Positions 56,870 to 64,000 of a stretch of DNA of 64,000 nt are shown piece by piece. Within the stretch, counting starts at the first letter, position 1, and each line of letters opens with the position of its first letter. The stretch is taken from NCBI GenBank assembly GCA_964424615.1, contig CAYRIU010000046.1, forward strand, positions 525-64,524. Reading direction: 5' to 3'. A program made the translations under genes and the position numbers. The stretch comes from an uncultured Gammaproteobacteria bacterium (GTDB lineage: Bacteria; Patescibacteriota; Patescibacteriia; UBA1558; GWA2-36-10). The notes below the pieces were generated by a model. It did not search any database, was not told the DNA's origin, and saw only the letters and a program-made list of their open reading frames with translations.

Positions 56870-57085
56870 ATGAAGCAGGTCGTTCTTTTCAAGCGTCAGG
56901 TCACCATCAAAGGATTCACTTTCCAGGCTCAGGAGGACTATAGTTTTCAAATCGTCACTCTGCAAGACACCAAGTGGCTCTATTACCAGCGTCAAAAAAT
57001 CATGACTCTCAGTCTGTTTGCGGTGCTGTTTGTAGACCAAGGACACGCTCAATGGATTGACGATGAAAAATATCGGGTAGCCTGA
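56870..57085 (+). CDS. small orphan protein
   Basis: GGAGG RBS; strong terminator hairpin at about 57091-57123. Confidence 0.55.
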   Translation: MKQVVLFKRQVTIKGFTFQAQEDYSFQIVTLQDTKWLYYQRQKIMTLSLFAVLFVDQGHAQWIDDEKYRVA

Positions 57086-57143
57086 CAAAAACCGCCCAAC
57101 CCTTGGTCAAGGGTTGGGCGGTACCAAATGTAAAACTATTTCT

Positions 57144-57551
57144 CTAAAAAATTCCGTGCTGATTAAAATACTCAGAGTATTCCATATCAGTTTTGATAAT
57201 GTGATTGGTCCACCAATTTTTCAAAAAATTGAAAATATCTTCTATCATTTGAACATCTAATCTCTCTGAGGCTGCTGTTTTTAATTCTACTAATTTATCT
57301 TTATATGCATTATGCTGCTTGATATGAAAATCTTTATCTGGATATGCTGTAGACTCAAAAAAATCTTCCTCCGTCTTAAAATGATAGATTGAATAATCCT
57401 CAATCTCCCCTAAAATCATAGCCACCTGTTCTTTGTAGTCTTGGGATTTTTCAAAAGACTGTAGTCTATTCATCAAATCAAAAATATTTTGATGTTGTGA
57501 ATCTATTTTTTTAATATTAACAGAGTAAATTTCCTTCCATTCTAATGACAT
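57144..57551 (-). CDS. bacteriohemerythrin
   Basis: IDSQH, HFKTEE, HIKQH and NHIIKTD. Confidence 0.92.
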   Translation of the reverse strand: MSLEWKEIYSVNIKKIDSQHQNIFDLMNRLQSFEKSQDYKEQVAMILGEIEDYSIYHFKTEEDFFESTAYPDKDFHIKQHNAYKDKLVELKTAASERLDVQMIEDIFNFLKNWWTNHIIKTDMEYSEYFNQHGIF

Positions 57552-57623
57552 AATGGTATGGTTAATTATTCTATATAAAAAAATACCCTACAAAAATAAG
57601 GTATTCTAAAATGTTAATCAATT

Positions 57624-57743
57624 TTATTTCTTGTGTCTTTTAGCGGCTTTGGCCTCTAGCATCAATCTCTTGATTTCCAATCTTTTCTTAGTTTTTTTGG
57701 AACGAGACTTTTGTCTAGGACCACCGACTGCGATTCTTTGCAT
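57624..57743 (-). CDS. 39-aa basic protein (not in the ORF track)
   Basis: MQRIAVGGPRQKSRSKKTKKRLEIKRLMLEAKAAKRHKK; TTGATT promoter-like sequence upstream and a hairpin downstream. Confidence 0.6.
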   Translation of the reverse strand: MQRIAVGGPRQKSRSKKTKKRLEIKRLMLEAKAAKRHKK

Positions 57744-57820
57744 ATAGATTCTTTTACTTATACTTAATAGCCATACTATACATGATTATCAGAATAAAAT
57801 CAAGATGCTAGCCAGCCATT

Positions 57821-58648
57821 TTAATCATCGTCGCTCCTGTCTGTCCTACTATTTTGCTCTGATGGTGTATTGTCGGTATTGAAATTATTGTTGAGATTGT
57901 TGGGCAAATATTTTCTTTGCTCACTACGATCATTGTTTTGGTTTAGCTCATTATCTTTGGGAGCCACTCGAATATGCACATCACGATCTCTATCAAGCAC
58001 CTGATCATATTTATTTATAGCCTTTTTAGCTTCATCAACTTTTTTGACCATATCTTCGTTGTCCTTGATGACATTGCTGATATCATCCAAATATTTGACC
58101 ATGACTTCTTGCTTCTTTTTCAAGGCATCCTTGGTCTTTTGAGAATTTTTGGTATTATCTATTTTTTGTGAAGTCTCCACAGCTGAGTCAAAATTATTTA
58201 CTGCTTCATTGATACTTTGTTCAATATTATTATTTAATTGGTGTTGCTGATCACTTTCTGATGTGTCATTGTGCTCGGCCAAATTCAAAGCTTCTTTCAA
58301 GCGACGCTCTGAGAGCTTGTTCAAAGTATCTACCTTGGCAGCATTACTCAAAGATAGTTGCTGTTCTACATTCTCAATGGTTTTTTTCAAGGGATAAAAG
58401 GTGTGTCCAGGTGCTATATGATCATTGTTGACCGCATACACAGCTGTACTACCCAAAACGACAAAAACAGCCAAGGCATTCAAGGATATCTTACTCAATA
58501 AAGAATGGGGGTGAAAAAAATATTGACCAATTTTTTGTAAATTTTGTGTAAAAATAAAACTATAGATTTTGAACTTAATTTTAAAATCAGCTTTTTTGCT
58601 CAGTTCAAATCTTGGTAATTGTGATAATTTTTTTTCTAAATCTTCCAT
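57821..58648 (-). CDS. putative anti-sigma (DUF5667-like) protein
   Basis: TM followed by PGHTFYPLKKTIE...RRLKEA; coupled to the ECF sigma gene. Confidence 0.7.
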   Translation of the reverse strand: MEDLEKKLSQLPRFELSKKADFKIKFKIYSFIFTQNLQKIGQYFFHPHSLLSKISLNALAVFVVLGSTAVYAVNNDHIAPGHTFYPLKKTIENVEQQLSLSNAAKVDTLNKLSERRLKEALNLAEHNDTSESDQQHQLNNNIEQSINEAVNNFDSAVETSQKIDNTKNSQKTKDALKKKQEVMVKYLDDISNVIKDNEDMVKKVDEAKKAINKYDQVLDRDRDVHIRVAPKDNELNQNNDRSEQRKYLPNNLNNNFNTDNTPSEQNSRTDRSDDD

Positions 58649-58649
58649 A

Positions 58650-59138
58650 TTATCTATCTAATATTTCTCTTAACTTACTCAAGGCTCGACTCATCTTGGT
58701 GCGTATAGCTCCTTCATCTTTTTCTAGCAAGTAGGCAATTTCTGAATTTGAGAAATCATTCACAAAGCGTAATAATAATATTTCTCTATCGCTATCGGAC
58801 ATGGTGTTGATGATGCTCATCACTCGGTCCAGCTCTTGTTTTTGGTCTACTTGATCAATCTCTTGCTTGGTTACAAATTGATCCTCCAGGAGCTCTGTCT
58901 CTCTATGGGCTACTCTATAGTGATTGACCAGATGGTTGTGAGCAATGGTAAAAATCCATGATTGAAATGACCTGGTGTCATCAAAGCCATCAAAATGCTT
59001 CAAAGCCTTCAAAAAAACCTCAGAAGTCAAATCTTCAGCTACAGTATGGTTAAAATTGACTCTATATAAAAAATAGACAAAAACCTTGTTTTTATACTGT
59101 TCATAATAGCCTGTAAAGCTACTTTTTGACTCTGTCAT
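58650..59138 (-). CDS. ECF sigma factor
   Basis: AEDLTSEVFLK, FQSWIFTIAHN and SNSEIA. Confidence 0.9.
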   Translation of the reverse strand: MTESKSSFTGYYEQYKNKVFVYFLYRVNFNHTVAEDLTSEVFLKALKHFDGFDDTRSFQSWIFTIAHNHLVNHYRVAHRETELLEDQFVTKQEIDQVDQKQELDRVMSIINTMSDSDREILLLRFVNDFSNSEIAYLLEKDEGAIRTKMSRALSKLREILDR

Positions 59139-59144
59139 AAATAC

Positions 59145-59248
59145 TATACAAATATAGGGCAATAATGTTTCACCCCCACTAAAAGGCTATTATAGCAAAA
59201 TTTATACCTTTGTCTAAGGATGTAACAAAATGGTAATAGCTTTGTATT
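59145..59248. promoter_or_regulatory. divergent pair of ECF promoters TG(A/T)AAC-16-TGTAT
   Basis: Minus strand TGAAAC-16-TGTATA (59172-59145); plus strand TGTAAC-16-TGTATT (59221-59248). Confidence 0.65.
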
Positions 59249-59285
59249 AATTTATATCAAGCTAATTATTAAAACAAAAAAGCTT

Positions 59286-60533
59286 ATGAAAAAAATACTC
59301 GGTATATTGGCGATGATGATAATCGTCGTCTCCACGATTGCCTTGGCTCGTACAGCTGAAGCTACTAGCTATACCCTAGCCCAAGTGCAAACTCATAATA
59401 CTAGTACTGATTGCTGGACAATCATCAACAACAAAGTCTACAACCTCACTAGCTATATTAGCTCACACCCTGGCGGATCAAGCGCCATAATCTCTCTCTG
59501 TGGCACTAATGGCACGAGTGCTTTTACAGCTCAACACTCTGGCAATACCAACGCCAACAATACTGTAGCTAGTTACTATATCGGTGACCTGAGCATTCCA
59601 GATACTAGCGCTCCTAGCATACCAACGAATCTAGCTGCTACTCCAATATCACCAAGTCAAATTAATTTAAACTGGACAGCAGCTACTGATAATGTCGCTG
59701 TCACTGGCTACGCTATTTTCAGAGATGGCAATGAGCTAGCCACAACTACTCTGACAAATTTTCAGAACACTGGTCTGACTGCCTCTACTACCTACAGCTA
59801 TCTAGTCAAAGCCTACGATGCCGCTGGTAATAGATCAGCCAGCTCAACACCAATCACTGCTACTACATTAGCCACCTCTACTGATGCCACAGCTCCATCG
59901 ACGCCAATGAATTTATCAGCTAGCGTCATTTCTGCCTCCCAGATTAATCTCAACTGGTCAAGCTCCACTGATAATATCGCTGTCACTGGCTACGCTATTT
60001 TCAAAGATGGTGTAGAAATAGCTAATGTCACCACTAACAGCTATAGCAATGTGGGTCTTACTGCTTCTACTACTTATGCCTATACTGTCAAAGCCTACGA
60101 TGCCGCTGGCAATAGATCATCCAGCTCTAACACTGTCTCGGCTACTACCCTAGCTAGCTCTACAGACACAACTAGTCCAACTGCACCACAAAAATTGAAA
60201 GCTCACCTAATATCTTATAAACATGTCAATCTGGAATGGAAAAAATCTAAAGATAATAAAAAAGTAGTGGCTTATAAAATTTTTCGAGATGGTGTAGAAA
60301 TCGCTACTGTCAAAAAAAATCACTACAATGACATCGGTCTCACTGCTGCTACTACCTACACCTACACTGTCAAAGCAGTAGACCAAGCTGGTAATCTATC
60401 TGCTGCTTCCAATACCTTGACTGTGACTACTAGAGCCAAAAAGGTCAAAGAAAACAAACCTCAGCATGAAAATGAGCATGAGGACAAAGATAAAAATAAT
60501 AACGAATCAAAAAATAAATCTAAAAAAGATTAA
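59286..60533 (+). CDS. secreted cytochrome b5-like domain + 3 FN3 repeats
   Basis: Signal peptide; DCW...KVYNLT..HPGG...QH; three DNxAVxGYxIFxDG...YxVKAxDxAGN-type repeats. Confidence 0.88.
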   Translation: MKKILGILAMMIIVVSTIALARTAEATSYTLAQVQTHNTSTDCWTIINNKVYNLTSYISSHPGGSSAIISLCGTNGTSAFTAQHSGNTNANNTVASYYIGDLSIPDTSAPSIPTNLAATPISPSQINLNWTAATDNVAVTGYAIFRDGNELATTTLTNFQNTGLTASTTYSYLVKAYDAAGNRSASSTPITATTLATSTDATAPSTPMNLSASVISASQINLNWSSSTDNIAVTGYAIFKDGVEIANVTTNSYSNVGLTASTTYAYTVKAYDAAGNRSSSSNTVSATTLASSTDTTSPTAPQKLKAHLISYKHVNLEWKKSKDNKKVVAYKIFRDGVEIATVKKNHYNDIGLTAATTYTYTVKAVDQAGNLSAASNTLTVTTRAKKVKENKPQHENEHEDKDKNNNESKNKSKKD

Positions 60534-60693
60534 AATATAGACAAACAGAGTCAAAATTTACTTACATAAAAACAGCTTCCTCAGTGGAGCTGTTTTTATC
60601 ACCTAGGCAAAACTGGATCAGCTGCTAGGCTACCCAAAGTCGATATAATAGTGTAGAATACAGGATACTTAATTTACATAAACTAATTTATAT

Positions 60694-62040
60694 ATGGAAG
60701 AAAATATACTCACCACCAAACCCATACCAGCTTTGATCAGACAAATAGCCATCCCTGCTAGTATCGGTTTCTTTTTTAATACTATGTACAATGTAGTAGA
60801 TACCTACTATGGCAGTATGATATCTACTCAAGCTGTCGCTGCTATGTCTTTGTCTTTTCCTGTCTTTTTTGTAATCATAGCTATGGGCTCTGGCATATCC
60901 ACGGGAACTAGCGCTCTCATATCACATGCTCTAGGTGAAGGAAAAAAAGATGAGGCTAAAAAATACCTTAGCCAAGCCATAGTATTTACTGTCTTGATAT
61001 CTATAATACTAACTATCCTTGGCTGGCTCAGTGGCACATTCTTAGCAACACTACTGGGCGCTACTGGAGAATACTTGACTATGACATTAAGCTACATCAA
61101 TGTCATATTTGGTGGCGTAGTACTTTTTGCTCTGTCTTTTGTCCTCAATGCTAGTTTGACTTCGCAAGGTGATACTAAAACTTTTAGAAATTTTTTGATC
61201 TTTGGTTTTTTCTTGAACCTAATATTAGATCCTTGGTTTATGTCCGGTGGCTTTGGCTTGCCGGCACTAGGCTTGCCAGGCTTGGCCTATGCCACTTTAG
61301 TCGTACAGCTATTCAGTGTCATGTATATGGGCTACAAGTCTATCAAAAGCGGTATCTTGTGTAAAAATTGCTGGTCTATGTTTAAACCAGAGAAAAAATA
61401 TTTTACTCAAATCAGCCAACAAGCTTTCCCAGCTTCACTCAATATGATGACCATGGCTATTGGTATTTTTATCATCACTTATTTTATATCCTCCTACGGC
61501 AAAGAGGCCGTGGCCGCCTATGGTATTGCTACACGCGTTGATCAAATATTTTTACTACCGACTATAGGACTCAATATTGCTAGTCTGACTCTCATCGGTC
61601 AAAACAATGGCGCCAAAAAATATGACCGCGTCAGAGAGGCCTACCACAAAAATCTAAAATATGGATTTGGGACAATAGTAATAGGCATGACTTTGGTCCT
61701 ACTATTTGCCAAATACTTGATGCAATTTTTTTCCCACGATCCTATGGTCATAAATACTGGCGTTCATTATCTCAAAATTTCTGCTTTTACTTATTTTACC
61801 TACATGATATTGTCCATATCAATTTCGGCTTTGCAGGGCTTGAAAAAACCAACCTTTGCAATCTGGGTGGGATTGTATAGACAACTCCTGGCACCAGCTG
61901 TGATATTTTGGCTACTAGCCAAAGTACTGGGTTGGGGCTTATCTGGTATCTGGTGGGGAATTTTTCTCATCAATTGGTCGGCAGCAATTTTCACATTACT
62001 TTATACCAGACGATATCTGAAACATAAACTAGCTAACTAA
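60694..62040 (+). CDS. MATE-family efflux transporter
   Basis: YNVVDT, LNLILDP and GQNNGAKK; about 12 TMs. Confidence 0.92.
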   Translation: MEENILTTKPIPALIRQIAIPASIGFFFNTMYNVVDTYYGSMISTQAVAAMSLSFPVFFVIIAMGSGISTGTSALISHALGEGKKDEAKKYLSQAIVFTVLISIILTILGWLSGTFLATLLGATGEYLTMTLSYINVIFGGVVLFALSFVLNASLTSQGDTKTFRNFLIFGFFLNLILDPWFMSGGFGLPALGLPGLAYATLVVQLFSVMYMGYKSIKSGILCKNCWSMFKPEKKYFTQISQQAFPASLNMMTMAIGIFIITYFISSYGKEAVAAYGIATRVDQIFLLPTIGLNIASLTLIGQNNGAKKYDRVREAYHKNLKYGFGTIVIGMTLVLLFAKYLMQFFSHDPMVINTGVHYLKISAFTYFTYMILSISISALQGLKKPTFAIWVGLYRQLLAPAVIFWLLAKVLGWGLSGIWWGIFLINWSAAIFTLLYTRRYLKHKLAN

Positions 62041-62094
62041 AAAAACAACCCCGAAAAATTATCGGGGTTGTTTTTTGTCTCAACAATAATAAAT

Positions 62095-62268
62095 CTACAT
62101 CTGTAAAAATCCCATCAACTTGTAAATCAAAAAAGCTGGCCAAAATAAAGCCTTGAAAAAACCAACTACGCCCAACCAAAAAGTAGTAGCATGTTGAATG
62201 TTGTAAACTAAGGCACCTATAAAAGCCAAACCATAAACTCCACTTGATACTCCTCCTTTTTTATTCAT
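62095..62268 (-). CDS. 57-aa membrane protein (not in the ORF track)
   Basis: MNKKGGVSSGVYGLAFIGALVYNIQHATTFWLGVVGFFKALFWPAFLIYKLMGFLQM. Confidence 0.7.
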   Translation of the reverse strand: MNKKGGVSSGVYGLAFIGALVYNIQHATTFWLGVVGFFKALFWPAFLIYKLMGFLQM

Positions 62269-62304
62269 AATATAAAAGGTTAATTATAATAAAAAAATTA
62301 TTTA

Positions 62305-62709
62305 TTATTGAGCAAGACAATCTTTAGCTTTCAAAAAATCTACCACACTAGGAGTAGAACCATTAATTATTTCTTTGGTCCTATTTTCCCCTAATTTTTT
62401 GACAAAACAATCTTGCATGGCTGGGGTCAATTCTTGGGGTAAGGACTCTACATTTACACCTATATTTTCCAAAGCTCTTTCCTGATCTGCGCTCAATAAA
62501 GGATTCTTATCAACAGCGACGCCAGTATTGCTTGGCACAATATCGAGTGATGTAGGCACATAACCATTGATATTATTACTCAAATAACTATTAATAATAT
62601 TGGCTACTATACGATTTCTTAAATTCATTGGATTGGTCAAAAATATAATAACCAAACAAACAATCGCTACTAAAATTGCTAGCCATAAAATCCTAATAAT
62701 TTTTTTCAT
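62305..62709 (-). CDS. hypothetical membrane-anchored protein
   Basis: N-terminal TM; DKNPLL, QERALE and a Cys pair. Confidence 0.65.
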   Translation of the reverse strand: MKKIIRILWLAILVAIVCLVIIFLTNPMNLRNRIVANIINSYLSNNINGYVPTSLDIVPSNTGVAVDKNPLLSADQERALENIGVNVESLPQELTPAMQDCFVKKLGENRTKEIINGSTPSVVDFLKAKDCLAQ

Positions 62710-62738
62710 AATATAAAAAATTAATTATAATAAAGATC

Positions 62739-63374
62739 TTATCTGCTACGTTTAGTTTTGATAATCTCTGACAATATAGGCACTACAGACAATATAATAA
62801 TAGCTATAACGACCAAAGAAAAATTTGCTTTGACTAATGGTATGTTACCAAAAAAATAACCTAGTAATGTAAAGCTAAACACCCACACCAAAGCTCCACT
62901 GATATTGTAAGACAAAAATTTTCTATAATCCATCTTGCCCAAGCCGGCTACAAAAGGAGCAAAAGTCCTGACCACAGGAACAAAACGAGCCAAAAAGATA
63001 GTCTTGCCACCATGCTGTTCATAAAATTGGTGGGTTTTTTGGAGATGCTTTTGGTTGATAGGAAACTTGGGGTGATCAATCAACTTTTGACCAAAATAAT
63101 GCCCAATCCAATAATTGACCGTGTCGCCCACAAAGGCAGCAACCCATAATACAAATAATAAAATCCAAATATTGAAAGAACCAATGGCTGAAAAAGTACC
63201 AGCGGCAAACAATAAAGAATCACCAGGTAAAAATGGTGTCAACACAAAACCAGTTTCCGCAAAAATAATAGCAAACAAGATAATATAGGATGCTATACCA
63301 TAATGACTAATCACCTCACCGAGATGTACGTCAATATGTAAAATAAAACTGACCAAATTAATCAATATATTCAT
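62739..63374 (-). CDS. dedA: DedA-family membrane protein
   Basis: ETGFVLTPFLPGDSLLF and ARFVPVVRTF. Confidence 0.93.
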   Translation of the reverse strand: MNILINLVSFILHIDVHLGEVISHYGIASYIILFAIIFAETGFVLTPFLPGDSLLFAAGTFSAIGSFNIWILLFVLWVAAFVGDTVNYWIGHYFGQKLIDHPKFPINQKHLQKTHQFYEQHGGKTIFLARFVPVVRTFAPFVAGLGKMDYRKFLSYNISGALVWVFSFTLLGYFFGNIPLVKANFSLVVIAIIILSVVPILSEIIKTKRSR

Positions 63375-63452
63375 AAAAAAATATTGTAAGAATACTTCTA
63401 TTATACCAAAAAATCACTTCTTAGCGAAGTGATTTTTATACCACATTATAAA

Positions 63453-64000
63453 CTAATTACCTTGCCTACGACGCCCACCTTGCATATCTGTGCCCTGCTC
63501 ATTGGCAGAATTAATAATTTGACTATATGTATCATTTGTCAAATATTGTGGTTGATAATCATGGCCCTGATTTTGCATATTACGTACAAAAGCGCGTAAA
63601 TGATTACGGGAACCACGCATTAAATTATCATAAATAAGCTGAATGTCTGCTTTATCTGTTTGTTTGAGTCTCTTTTCTAAATCTAAAATATCAATCTCTT
63701 CAACGGCAGCGCCCACCTTCAAGGCATCCACCAAAGAATTAGCCCCTTGCTGAGTTAAATTATTATAAAGCTTCTGTAAATCAGTGTTTACAAAAATACC
63801 ACTATTAGATAAAGTAGTTGGCAAATTAATATCGTATTTCTCTAATAAAGACTTGACAGCACTAACATGAGTGGATTCTCTTTGTCCAATATTACCAAAA
63901 ACCTGCTGATTCCACTTTTGATATAAGAATCCATATACATCTTGAGCCAATTTTTCCTCTTCTACCATAAATAATAAACCATCCTCTTCTTCTTTACTTA
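63453..64000 (-). CDS. DUF2202 ferritin-like protein (5' end outside the window)
   Basis: EEEKLAQDVY, EEIDILDL and GSRNHLRAF. Confidence 0.85.
   Translation of the reverse strand, partial: SKEEEDGLLFMVEEEKLAQDVYGFLYQKWNQQVFGNIGQRESTHVSAVKSLLEKYDINLPTTLSNSGIFVNTDLQKLYNNLTQQGANSLVDALKVGAAVEEIDILDLEKRLKQTDKADIQLIYDNLMRGSRNHLRAFVRNMQNQGHDYQPQYLTNDTYSQIINSANEQGTDMQGGRRRQGN

Noticed and set aside
59680-60400. DNA direct repeats as a mobile or regulatory array
   Set aside because: Explained by the three in-frame FN3 domains
1-64000. Prophage, autonomous IS or rRNA
   Set aside because: No phage structural, terminase, transposase or rRNA sequences recognised

Overview
AT-rich, gene-dense bacterial chromosome segment. 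Gene content and style suggest Patescibacteria/CPR (Parcubacteria-like); this is inferred, not proven. Core genes include tsaC, leuS (broken by one in-frame TAG at a conserved Tyr), infB-rbfA, nrnA, clpP, rny-ymdB-HU, comM, lspA, pnp-rpsO and purA. There are also many transporters, two ECF sigma/anti-sigma pairs whose target promoters can be read from the sequence, a stand-alone OLD-type ATPase-TOPRIM nuclease and a catalytically degenerate Xer-like protein. Three signals stand out. (1) A 7.4-kb minus-strand tRNA cluster holds only C34 isoacceptors (Ser-CGA, Leu-CAG, Ala-CGC, Pro-CGG, Gly-CCC) plus a rare tRNA-Ile(UAU). Four of the six tRNAs have adjacent shadow copies whose T-, D- or anticodon arms carry or are replaced by small GC-rich hairpin elements, and related hairpins sit in-frame in a protein and nested in other repeats. 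(2) Two promoter-driven transcripts begin with a shared boxA-like motif (AGTACCTTAAAAnnAGCrAAT), then long RNA hairpins and tiny membrane peptides; one is a 3-peptide array. (3) A roughly 380-nt structured RNA candidate with no convincing ORF starts with a weaker version of that motif. No CRISPR array, rRNA or prophage was seen.
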